Assembly (NCBI RefSeq): GCF_001194135.2
Contig: NC_068981.1
Location: 146,303,929-146,367,928 of the forward strand
Direction of reading: 5' to 3'
Length of the DNA stretch: 64,000 nucleotides
Source: Octopus bimaculoides
Lineage: Eukaryota
Position 1 is the first letter of the stretch; each line of letters starts with the position of its first letter. Shown here piece by piece: positions 12,013 to 23,765 of the stretch. The translations under genes and the position numbers were made by a program. A model generated the notes under the pieces. That model searched no databases, was not told where the DNA came from, and saw only the letters and a program-made list of their open reading frames with translations.

Positions 12013-13489
12013 AAATATGCATGTACCTACGTATAGAGAGAGAGATGGGAGACAAAGTGGAAGAGAAGCAGTTAGATAGAGAGGATGACTGGTTCAGAGG
12101 GAGAAAAGGCCAAAAAANNNNNNNNNNNNNNNNNNNNNNNNNNNNNNNNNNNNNNNNNNNNNNNNNNNNNNNNNNNNNNNNNNNNNNNNNNNNNNNNNNN
12201 NNNNNNNNNNNNNNNNNNNNNNNNNNNNNNNNNNNNNNNNNNNNNNNNNNNNNNNNNNNNNNNNNNNNNNNNNNNNNNNNNNNNNNNNNNNNNNNNNNNN
12301 NNNNNNNNNNNNNNNNNNNNNNNNNNNNNNNNNNNNNNNNNNNNNNNNNNNNNNNNNNNNNNNNNNNNNNNNNNNNNNNNNNNNNNNNNNNNNNNNNNNN
12401 NNNNNNNNNNNNNNNNNNNNNNNNNNNNNNNNNNNNNNNNNNNNNNNNNNNNNNNNNNNNNNNNNNNNNNNNNNNNNNNNNNNNNNNNNNNNNNNNNNNN
12501 NNNNNNNNNNNNNNNNNNNNNNNNNNNNNNNNNNNNNNNNNNNNNNNNNNNNNNNNNNNNNNNNNNNNNNNNNNNNNNNNNNNNNNNNNNNNNNNNNNNN
12601 NNNNNNNNNNNNNNNNNNNNNNNNNNNNNNNNNNNNNNNNNNNNNNNNNNNNNNNNNNNNNNNNNNNNNNNNNNNNNNNNNNNNNNNNNNNNNNNNNNNN
12701 NNNNNNNNNNNNNNNNNNNNNNNNNNNNNNNNNNNNNNNNNNNNNNNNNNNNNNNNNNNNNNNGAAGAGAGTAAGATAGATAGAAAGAAGGAAGTGAAGA
12801 TGGAAAGGAAGAGAGAAAGAAAGAAGAAAATGGTTGAAATGACTTTAGACTTTTCTTTCAAATGACAACGAGTGTCTGTGTAAACTACGTAGATTTTGTT
12901 TGATGAAAAAAGTTGACGTTTCGTTTAAAGAGGAGCGATTCTTTTGATCACAGTTTGCATACATAGATTCTATTAGAAAGAATAAAGAACCCCACCAGCT
13001 ACCTCCCCCTCTCCCTCCTCCCCCTCCTCCTCCATCACTTCCTCTATTTCTTTGTTCTTGCTCAATATTGTCAAACTAACATTTATTGACAGTAGCATAG
13101 TTAGTAGATTTTTTTTTTTTTAATACATCTTTTAACTTTGGTTTGATGCTAAGTACAGTGCAAAGAAAAACACGAAACCACGAAAACAGCAATGAAAACA
13201 TGAACTGTAATAATAAAAATGTGATAGTGATACCTAGCATAAGCCCAAGATCACATATTTTGATGGGCGTTTCAGTTGATTATATCTAAACATCCATACA
13301 ATTCTGGTGTTTGTTTTATCAGCTTCAGAAAATGAAAGGCTACATCGACAAGGAAGGTCGACAGTTCTATTGGAAAAGGTATAACTGACTGTATTCAGTT
13401 CTGGAATTAAAGCATCTCTGCAGCTTCTCAACGACGAGTATTCAGATGTTCGATCTAGTGAACTGCCAACTCACTGAATTACCATTTAA

Positions 13490-13711
13490 CTCTTTAGCAT
13501 TTAAATAGGCGATATCCAACCCAAATACTCTATCGGTTTTATGTTCAAAGCGGCCAGATCTAGCCTCTCACACCTATCCTACAATGTCATTCTAAAAATA
13601 AGCAATTATATTGATAACTTGATGTTACAAGATAATAAAATAGGTGATCAATTCAAAGCAATATGAATAAATAAGCATTACATTCGACAGAGTAATCTGA
13701 ATGCTAAAGGG
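13490..13711. mobile_element. piggyBac-type MITE
   Basis: TTAA-ctctttagcatt...aatgctaaaggg-TTAA: 12-bp TIR (1 mismatch) and TTAA target duplication at 13486-13489 and 13712-13715. Confidence 0.8.
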
Positions 13712-14209
13712 TTAAATAGCTGGACATTCTACAGACACGTATGCCCTAAAGGACGTGTGACAAATCTGGAACCTGTAAATTATTTGTACAAGCTATTCAA
13801 CGGGCTTCCACACTGCTCCATCTACTTAATTTTACTAACAGAACTCGAGCCAACAGGAAGGTTTGGTAAAAGGCGCTTTCATAAGATGCCACATAGCGGC
13901 ATCAAAACTGGAACTCCAATAGTGCGAGGCTCGCTTCTTAACCATTCTTTCATACTGAAATGGAATCATCGTCTCTGATATTTTACTGAGTGTGTGTAAA
14001 CTTACGCTCTGGTTGCGACATGTACAAATAATCCTCTATAGGGAGCAATTACGATTTGTTTTTGACTGACGTCTTTCTTCAGCCCGTCTCTCTCTACTAG
14101 AGCTTCTAGTACTGGGTCAAACGTGAAGCAAGACTGGGCACTTGTCTTCTAGAATGCTGTCAAGCACTCGTAGAACTCTACAAGTAGAGCAATACAGATT
14201 ATTTGTGTG

Positions 14210-14598
<389 letters not shown>

Positions 14599-14793
14599 TT
14601 ACTTATATTTTCTCTTACTATCTGATGAGATGGATGCGTTTTACACGCCTACGAAACTTTAATTCATATGGAGCTGAGTCAAACTGTTATCAAATATATA
14701 TATATATATATCCCTGAGCGCCTGCTAATACTTTACATGTACCACGTTCTCGTATTGCGTTCTATTTTTGTGTTTGTTCTTCTTTTTGGGATT

Positions 14794-14831
<38 letters not shown>

Positions 14832-15904
14832 NNNNNNNNNNNNNNNNNNNNNNNNNNNNNNNNNNNNNNNNNNNNNNNNNNNNNNNNNNNNNNNNNNNNN
14901 NNNNNNNNNNNNNNNNNNNNNNNNNNNNNNNNNNNNNNNNNNNNNNNNNNNNNNNNNNNNNNNNNNNNNNNNNNNNNNNNNNNNNNNNNNNNNNNNNNNN
15001 NNNNNNNNNNNNNNNNNNNNNNNNNNNNNNNNNNNNNNNNNNNNNNNNNNNNNNNNNNNNNNNNNNNNNNNNNNNNNNNNNNNNNNNNNNNNNNNNNNNN
15101 NNNNNNNNNNNNNNNNNNNNNNNNNNNNNNNNNNNNNNNNNNNNNNNNNNNNNNNNNNNNNNNNNNNNNNNNNNNNNNNNNNNNNNNNNNNNNNNNNNNN
15201 NNNNNNNNNNNNNNNNNNNNNNNNNNNNNNNNNNNNNNNNNNNNNNNNNNNNNNNNNNNNNNNNNNNNNNNNNNNNNNNNNNNNNNNNNNNNNNNNNNNN
15301 NNNNNNNNNNNNNNNNNNNNNNNNNNNNNNNNNNNNNNNNNNNNNNNNNNNNNNNACATAATTGTTTTATTTCGTCGAAAATGTGTGAATTGTTCTGTTC
15401 TTTTTTTTTTTCTTTTAGCCTTTTTTTTTGGTAAATTCTCTAATTTTCAACACTTTAATCATTTTTACTCAATTTTGTGAGTCATTCGAGGCTGTCAGTT
15501 TGTTATTATTTGCTGCTCACTTAGGTTTGTTTGCTTGTTCGCTTATCGTAGTTTCCCCACATCCTTTTACTTTGTGTGTCATGCTGGTTTTATTTTGTAA
15601 TACATGTAGTGAAATACTTTTTTTTTTTTTTTTTGGTTTTTAATTTAACATATTTTCTGGAATTGACATCTTCCATACATTGTCCTTATTACTCATTATG
15701 TCTGTTCTCTTAGCAGTTCATTCTACAAAAAAGCCATTACTACTCTTAGTGACAGCTACTTCTATCACGGCAATTTGTTAACTTGTTACTGTTTTCTTTT
15801 AGCTACATTTATAAATCTATAATACTCCATCTTCTTCTTCTTCTTATTATTATTAAAGTAAACAACAACAACAATGATATTGATAATAATATTAATAATA
15901 ATGA

Positions 15905-16116
15905 TTTCAAGTTTTTGCCACAAGAGCAGCTTGGGGAGGGGATACTAAGTCGATTACATCGACCCCAGTACGTAAATGGTACTTATTTAATCGACTCCGA
16001 AAGGATGAAAGGCAAAGTCGACCTTGGCTTCATTTGAACTCAGAACGTGCAGATAGACGAAATACCGCTAAGCATTTCGCCCGGCGTGCTAACGATTCTG
16101 CCAGCTCACCGCCTTC
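15905..16116 (-). mobile_element. SINE family C
   Basis: gaaaggatgaaaggcaaagtcgacctt..tttgaactcagaacg..ctaacgattctgccagctcaccgcctt. Confidence 0.9.
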
Positions 16117-16117
16117 A

Positions 16118-16163
<46 letters not shown>

Positions 16164-16167
<4 letters not shown>

Positions 16168-16680
16168 GAAATTAAAGCAAATAGACCAGATATAGTTGTC
16201 AAAGATCATGAAGAAAAAAAATGCTTTCTAATTGATGTANNNNNNNNNNNNNNNNNNNNNNNNNNNNNNNNNNNNNNNNNNNNNNNNNNNNNNNNNNNNN
16301 NNNNNNNNNNNNNNNNNNNNNNNNNNNNNNNNNNNNNNNNNNNNNNNNNNNNNNNNNNNNNNNNNNNNNNNNNNNNNNNNNNNNNNNNNNNNNNNNNNNN
16401 NNNNNNNNNNNNNNAAAAACAGAAACAATTCCTATTATAGTAGGTGCCTTAGGTATAATAAAAAAATATTCAGACAAATACATAACAAAAACACCAGGAC
16501 TTACAAATATATACAACATACAGAAAATTGCACTACTGGGCACTGCACACATCCTACGCAAAACACTTTCAATACAGTAACCATATGAGCACCACAGCAA
16601 ACCACAGCACATACCCAAGGCGCACAGAGCTGCGCTCGGTAGTGAAGTGAAAGCACGTTATAAAAATAAAACTACTGAAC
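16164..16680 (+). mobile_element. 5'-truncated RLE (R4/Dong-type) LINE 3' end between two (AAT)n tracts
   Basis: KEIKANRPDIVVKDHEEKKCFLIDV [gap] KTETIPIIVGALGIIKK..IQKIALLGTAHILRKTLSIQ*; no stops in the visible frame; (AAT)n at 16119-16163 and 16680-16743. Confidence 0.88.
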
Positions 16681-16745
<65 letters not shown>

Positions 16746-18203
16746 GGTTCAATCTTTTCATCTTTTGATGGTCGATAAAATAAGTATCAGTCAAGTACTT
16801 GGGTCGTTGCAATCTCAACTAACACCCTCCTCCAAAATTCCAGGCCTTGTGCATAAAGTGGAAAGGATTATTAATATTTTTATAATTGCTTTGTTTGTAA
16901 GAAACTGCGGGAAATTCATAGAAAGTTTTCATGGCATTCTTATAATCTGGTCTTGCTGCTTTCCATTTAAATCGTTGTTTCCATGGTAATTTTTCCTTGT
17001 AGTATACAGTGAGGAATACTAAGCTCACTATATCACTACACAATGCTGTATTTTCACATATCTGTGTTCGTCCATTTTACTAGCTCTGAATACGACATGT
17101 AACGATGTCTTTTGCAATCAACAGCTTTCCATTTTGAAAGATACGTTTAAACTTTAAAGTCAGCCAGTTTCGTCTATTGTGCATAACACAAGTATATTCA
17201 GTTAGTACGGAGTCAAATATCTGGACTCGGCGATATTTATTTTTCAACGCAAGATATTAAAGGGGGAAATATGTGTATAGAATATTAATTATCTTCGAAG
17301 TGTTTAAAATTTATACTTTAATCACGAGAAAATTATGATTGTCATGACGTTGTTTGAATTCCAGTGGATTGAGTAAGAATAAGGAAAAACTGGATAGTTT
17401 GTGAAGAATGTTGGTGTTATTTGTATTGAAGCCATGCTATATGCTGTCAACAATTACCTAACGTCCTTCCAATCTATTCATAGCTCTCTCCATTATAAAG
17501 CTTAGCGTTATTTCCAGTGAAAAGAGATCAATATTCCTTACTTTTTTTTATCACATTTTCGTTTTTTTTTTGTTAGTTTGTTTTTTTGTGTTTTTTTTTG
17601 CGAGGGAAAAGAGCATAGAAAGAATATGCTGGAAGGGAAAATACCACTAAACCACAAGCTGTCAAGCATATCTGTCACTGCCAACCGACCAAACCTATGT
17701 GATTAAGTTCGTTCATATAGAAAAAAGCTGTCGAGTTACGTTCTAATATTCTTACTTGACAGAGCATGTATGAGACGAAGCAACACTTGACCTGCTAAAT
17801 ATAGCAGCCAAAATATCTATCATATCAGATGCCACTCTTTGTTTTAAAGAAAATACACATTGAACAATGATGTAGTCTTGGATAGACTTTGACTGCAAAA
17901 TCGATCGGATGGTCATGACTGGAATACATTTGATCATAAGTTTGCTAGATCAGACTTGACTTGGGATTAAACGACAAAGGCGACAAGAACAACATTTTCT
18001 CGACAAGATTATAGCTGTATTGATTGTACTTGTCTTCCATTAATAACCAAAGCCGAAAAGATTAATGGTGATTTTATTAGATTCGCTTAGGAGCAAGAAC
18101 GATGCTTCTTATGACATTTTGAAGTCGCTTTAGTTTGAGGGACATGAATGACTTGGTGAGGTTCATATTGTTTATGTTCAGTTTCAATTTTGTCATTCTT
18201 GGG

Positions 18204-18542
18204 CAGTGGTTCTCAACCATCTTCTTATCTATATACCCTTTTATTTACTATTTTATTCTGGAGGGTACCCATATCCATCCGATGTTTAAAAGCTAATTTT
18301 ATTGATATTTCTTTTAAAATTCCTATTTTGTTTTTCACACACTCATTTGCATAGGGTGAACTTTGTAAAATGTTAGAGAAAGAGACCTAGCTGTTTCTTG
18401 CAAGATACATTTAAATCAAAAGTTTTCATGGATCCTCAATATACTCCCGTGGATCCTCAATATACTCCCGTGGATCCTCAATTTACTGTTTTGTTAGCGT
18501 AGACTCTTAAAAATTTATATGGACTCCGTTTGAGAATCATTG
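18204..18542. mobile_element. hAT-type MITE with an internal 21-bp tandem repeat (tggatcctcaatatactcccg x2.5, 18429-18482)
   Basis: Termini cagtggttctcaacc / gtttgagaatcattg resemble hAT (Charlie-like) TIRs; 8-bp TSD not preserved. Confidence 0.6.
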
Positions 18543-18889
18543 CTGTAAGGGGTAGATGAGAGAATGTAGGCAGATTCGTGTTTTCAAAGAGAAATGTATG
18601 ATGATACAGAGGCAAAGTGCCGCAATTCCTGTCGTTCAAGACTGAGGTCATCCCTGCTCGAATAGACATTTAATGACAAGCATTCCAACAGTGACCATCC
18701 TAGCTTTTTTTTTTTTACCCAAAGTATTTAGGACTGAATTATCCAATGTATCCTATGCTTAACACGATAGAATATGAGTAGAGAGAGATTTCGCTGTTGT
18801 TTAAGCAGATCGAGCAGCTGCATTCAGACTTTTTTGTGGGATAAGTTCTGTTAATGTTGGTCTTATCGTTTAGATCCGAGTGAGGTGTA

Positions 18890-18965
18890 GGCATGGCTGT
18901 GTGCTTAAGAAACCCGTTCTGCAACCATAAGGCTTCGCGTTGACTCACACTGTGACGCAGCTTGA
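18890..18965 (+). mobile_element. SINE family A, 5' fragment
   Basis: gcatggctgtgtgcttaagaaac..caaccataaggcttcgcgttgactcacactgtgac. Confidence 0.5.
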
Positions 18966-19088
18966 GCGAGTGATTTCTAATATATGGGTCGACCAATACC
19001 TATGAAGGAATTTGGCAGAAGATAACTGCCGTGTATATATAACAAAGTGTTAGCGCTAAGCAGTGTTTTAGGTATGAGTAGAATTAGG

Positions 19089-19341
19089 TAAGCTGAAATA
19101 TGTTTGTCACATATTTCAACTGTCCAAAAGGATAACCTGCAGTTACCGTGGAGAATATATATCTCTTATGGTAAAAAGGTGTGAAAACGCCCGGTTCGTT
19201 CAGTGAGATTCTTAATAGATGGCGATATTGAACGAACCGGGTGTTTTCATACCTTTTTACCATAAGAGATGTATATTCTCCACAGTAACTGCAGTTTAGC
19301 CTTTTAGCAGTTGGAATATGTGACAAACATATTTCAACTTA
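19089..19341. mobile_element. Fold-back (MITE-like) element: about 113-bp inverted arms, about 25-nt spacer, TA at both ends
   Basis: taagctgaaatatgtttgtcacatatt..cccggttcgttca / tgaacgaaccggg..aatatgtgacaaacatatttcaactta; mismatches are mostly transitions. Confidence 0.85.
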
Positions 19342-19350
19342 GCTATTTCT

Positions 19351-19388
<38 letters not shown>

Positions 19389-19404
19389 NNNNNNNNNNNN
19401 NNNN

Positions 19405-19602
19405 NTATAGGAAGATGTACTTGCATAGCAAGTGACCTGATCTGAGATCTTGTGCTGAAACAAAAACAATTGCAGCGTGGAAGGTGTTTATAAGCTATTT
19501 AAAAACACACAAAAACCGTTAGATTCACTTCAACATTTAAATTGAATTTGTCAAAATATTTTTGTCGCTTTCAAACCGCGACCTGTTCACTGACAAGATT
19601 CC

Positions 19603-19606
<4 letters not shown>
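19405..19606 (-). mobile_element. Non-autonomous Penelope-like/retrozyme-like repeat carrying a hammerhead-like motif
   Basis: Flanked by a gap and (TA)n tracts and contains the motif at 19548-19596; classification is inferred from that motif. Confidence 0.45.
19548..19596 (-). ncRNA. Hammerhead-like motif with compensated G3-C8 core (this copy has G12A)
   Basis: Minus: UUGUCA-GUGAACA-G-GUCGC(GGUUUGAAA)GCGAC-AAA-AA(UA)UU-U-UGACAA; perfect 6-bp helix I, 5-bp helix II, palindromic AAUAUU helix III. Confidence 0.55.
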
Positions 19607-19638
<32 letters not shown>

Positions 19639-19721
19639 GCACATGTATATATATACACACACTCTCACACACACACTCACACACGCACACACACACACAC
19701 ATATATATATATATAAATATA

Positions 19722-20162
19722 TATTATAATAATAAGATGAGAAAATAGAAAGGTAATTAATAAATTATTATTTATTAATTTAAAATTGACAAACATCCTT
19801 TACAGTTGTTTCAAGTCCAGGTCCTCAGAAAATTAATTAATCAAATTAAAAATTATTTGAGAGTCGAATCTCTTCAGAAGTAGATAAAGATATACAAAAT
19901 AGGTGTTTAATTCCTGCATGTTCAGTAAACGACTGCAAGTGAACGGTTTGCAGTCGTTTACTAAACATGCAGGAATTAAACACTTATTTTTATGTCTTTA
20001 TCTACCTCTGAAGAGCTTCGACTTACAAATAATTTTAAAATTTTATTAACTAATTTTCTGAGGTTCTGAAATTGAAACAGTTGTAAGGGATGTTTGTCAA
20101 GTTTTTAATTAATAAATAATAATTTATTAATTACCTTTCTATTTTCTCATCTTAGTATTATA

Positions 20163-20165
<3 letters not shown>
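19722..20165. repeat. Large inverted repeat: about 217-bp arms, 9-nt loop, flanked by (TA)n on both sides
   Basis: tattataat..aagatgagaaaatagaaaggtaatt..gtaaacgactgcaa GTGAACGGT ttgcagtcgtttac..aattacctttctattttctcatctt..attataata; arms roughly 85-90% identical by eye. Confidence 0.92.
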
Positions 20166-20200
<35 letters not shown>

Positions 20201-20339
20201 CACAGTTTATATAGTTACCTTGCAGTTGAGTATTAAATGTAATGTTCAATACTCTTTGTATAGGTAACTAACCAGTACTTTCATAGGATTTTGCTATCCC
20301 TGAATGAGGTTATATATATATATAGTTGAAATGTATAGG

Positions 20340-20470
20340 AAAACAGAAGACGAAGACAGGTGTATGAAAAACAAGCAAGTGTATTAGTTTGACACTCGGG
20401 AAAAATGAAAATGTCTTTTACGTTTCGAGCCTACGTTCTTCAACAGAAAGGAATAAGACTGAACAAACTT
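20340..20470 (-). mobile_element. Non-autonomous repeat (Penelope-like?) with a hammerhead-like motif at 20415-20450
   Basis: gaagacaggtgt..gtattagtttgac.ctcggga..gtcttttacgtttcgagcctacgttcttcaacagaaag; homologous to 40270-40500 and 56085-56225. Confidence 0.65.
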
Positions 20471-21419
20471 GCCATCTTTTCGTGTATCAGACACTACAAC
20501 ATCCAATTTATCCTTCGATATTTCAGATGCTTGGATGTAGGTTGAGGAAGATTTGGCACCGCTGTTTCTAGCAAGGCGTGCGAATAGATATTTGTACGCG
20601 AGAATCTATTCAATGTCTTGTCTAAGTGTATTGTGCAAAGATCGTAAGGAGGCATTGACACAATGTATCTAGGACTAAATCATTTAATATTTAACACGAT
20701 AGAATATGAATGGAGTGAGATTTCACGGTCGTTTAAAGCAGATGAAGTTCATCTGTAAATAAGCTCTTTATTGGATAAGTTTTCTTGGGGTTGTCGTTGT
20801 TGCTAAGGTCATGCTCAGTTGCCCAGACATATGATCAGACATACGAAAGGACACACTGGGTAACGTAGACCTAGATAGACTAAGTCAGTAAAAGCAACCG
20901 GATAGTCTTAACGGGAATACATCTGATTATAGTCTACTGTAATTTGATGTAGTCCATTGATTGAACAAATATATCCTTCTACGTTAGGGTGTAGGTAAAG
21001 CAGATTTGGAGCTGCTATTTCTAGCAGGTCGAGTGAGCAATCATACAGAGACTCTTTTATTAGTGAATTGATATTTGTTAGTGATGGAAGCAATTGAGCG
21101 TCATGTATAAATGTATTGCGTGAAGATTGTAAGGAGATATTCGAAAAACTAAATAGAATTATGGATTATATTTCTATTGGTTTAAAGAAACCATGCCTAT
21201 TAGTTTTGTTTCTTTGTTTGTTTTTTTAGTTAAAATTTGTCAACAATTTTGTAAATAAATGAATACAATAGAGTAGTTTGAAGACAATAACTTAATTATA
21301 CTCATTTAACGCTACCATCGTGGAATACGACGATGCTAATTATCTTATGTAATTGCTCATTAAAAATTTATTAATTCAATTGTATTGAACTGTTTTCCAG
21401 TTACGTGGTGTTTACACCT

Positions 21420-21647
21420 ACACACATACATACATACATACATACATACATACATACATGCATGCATACATACATACATGCATACATACATACATGCATA
21501 CATACATACATATATATGTATACACACATTATATATATATATATAAATAAATGCATATATATATATATATGCATATATATATATACATATATATATACAT
21601 ATATATATACATATATACATATATATGCATATATATATACATATATA

Positions 21648-21687
<40 letters not shown>

Positions 21688-21910
21688 NNNNNNNNNNNNN
21701 NNNNNNNNNNNNNNNNNNNNNNNNNNNNNNNNNNNNNNNNNNNNNNNNNNNNNNNNNNNNNNNNNNNNNNNNNNNNNNNNNNNNNNNNNNNNNNNNNNNN
21801 NNNNNNNNNNNNNNNNNNNNNNNNNNNNNNNNNNNNNNNNNNNNNNNNNTATATATGAATGTATACATGCATACATACATACATACATACATACATACAT
21901 ACATACATAC
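21420..21910. repeat. (TACA)n/(TA)n low-complexity tract with a gap
   Basis: Direct reading. Confidence 0.92.
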
Positions 21911-22934
21911 AAGTACGTTTGTATTGTTGGTATGCATATGTGTATATATACTGAAAGAGTGACAGAGAAAGAATAAGAAAAAAAAAGAAATAAAAACAAA
22001 CAAGGGAGTGAAAGAAAGGAAGTGTTGGCATAATGAATTTCCGAGACATTGATAATGAAATCGTGCGCCTTAGCCAGACACAGCTCGTTTATAATCACTG
22101 TATAATTTAGTTTTCTTAATAAATAGCAATAAACGTTAGAAAATCTGAAAGATACTGAATGTTGCTGGGTACGAATGTTCAATTAGGAAATTTGCGGGTA
22201 CCAGAAATGTTTCAATGTAGCTTTACCAAAATTATTTTTGATTTGTATGATAATATGCAAGCACAATTCTATTCGTTGTTGTTTTTGGTATTGTAATTTA
22301 ATTTAGCCCCAGGCGAAACCTATTCTAGCAAATGAGTTGCAGTCGTCTGTTTAAAGTATATGCAGTACTTAACTCTGTTCTTTCCTGAAGTAAGGGCGAG
22401 TTAAGGGATGTTTGACTGCTGTTTCTAGCAATTCGAGTGATCACAGCTCATATTCCAGTGGTATACGCGATCGAGATCTATAGTCATCATAATTCATTGT
22501 TTTAAATGCAGCGTCTAACTGATACATCTTTTATCGAACTTGCACTAATGAACAATCAAAAAGACCTCAACCCGATTTAAACTCCGCAGTCTTGGTTACA
22601 TTTGTTACCCATATAACCAACGGGTTGGTGATTTCTCTTCATAACACACAGATTTCTCTTTGGGAACGGATGTAATCTGACCGAACAGAGCACAGTATAT
22701 CTGCAGTATTTATTCTATGATATCCTTATTAATAACTGTTAAAGTAAACATCGATAGAATTTCAATTTGGAATGAAACAACGTGAAGGAAATAGAGTCCG
22801 GTACTCTACTATTCTAAAATACATCGAGTCGTTAACAATGTGTATTTATTTGTAATCACACAACCGAGATGAGGAGGAGAATGCCTAAACAACAAAATAT
22901 GAGTTGCAGTAAGAGAAGTAAAATGAATGTGAAT

Positions 22935-23320
22935 TTGTTGTTGGCACTCCGTCGCTTACGACGTCGAGGGTTCCAATTGATCCGATCAACGGAACAGCCT
23001 GCTCGTGAAATTAGCGTGCAAGTGGCTGAGCACTCCACAGACACGTGTACCCTTAACGTAGATCTCGGGGATATTCTGCGTGACACAGTGTGACAAGGCT
23101 AACCCTTTGAATTACAGGCACAACAGAAACAGGAAGTAAGAGTGAGAGAAAGTTGTGGTGAAAGAGTACAGCAGGGTTCACCACCATCCCCTGCAGAAGC
23201 CTCGTAGAGCTTTAGGCGTTTTCGTTCAATAAACACTCACAACGCCCGCTGTGGGATTCAAAACCGCGATCCTACGACCGCGCGTCCGCTGCCCTAACCA
23301 CTGGGCCATTGCACCTCCAC
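22935..23320 (-). mobile_element. Full-length tRNA-derived SINE, local family D (about 385 bp)
   Basis: Minus head tggaggtgcaatggcccagtggttagggcagcggac..ggttttgaatccc; (CAA)n tail; flanked by gaatgtgaat (22925-22934) and gaacgtgaat (23321-23330), a 10-bp TSD with 1 mismatch. Confidence 0.9.
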
Positions 23321-23574
23321 GAACGTGAATAGAACAATCCGGTATGTATTCCACTGGTAGAAGATGTAATCAGAGCAAGGAGAAAATCAAAATGAGAATG
23401 GTTAACTCTATGTTGTTTCAAGCAGCACAAAATTAGAGATAATCTTAATATACTGATAAATAAGGATGGAAAACAACGAAATCTTTAAACCATTTGTAAT
23501 GATACAATGAACATTATGTTTGAACAATGGTAACTTCTGTAAACCTTGTTTTGTTTTATTTTTAATATGATACT

Positions 23575-23765
23575 GAATATCGGTTTCAAATTTTGACACA
23601 AGGCCAACAATTGCGGGAGAGGGTAAATCAACTGGTGCGCATTTCAGCAATCCCGAAAGGATGAACGACAAAGTTGATTTCAGCGTTATTTGAACTCTGA
23701 AAGTAAAAGCAGACAAAATGCCACAAAACATTTTGCTCGGCGTGCTAAGAATTCTGCCATCGCGC
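23575..23765 (-). mobile_element. SINE family C, diverged
   Basis: cccgaaaggatgaacgacaaagttgat..ttgaactctga..cgtgctaagaattctgcca. Confidence 0.75.

Noticed and set aside
14615-14665. CUGAUGA...CGAAAC hammerhead-like spacing
   Set aside because: Helix II is interrupted, and no helix I or valid helix III/NUH arrangement can be drawn
22935-23320. tRNA gene-like A/B boxes here and in other SINE heads
   Set aside because: No complete cloverleaf or acceptor stem; they continue into SINE bodies and occur as dispersed diverged copies
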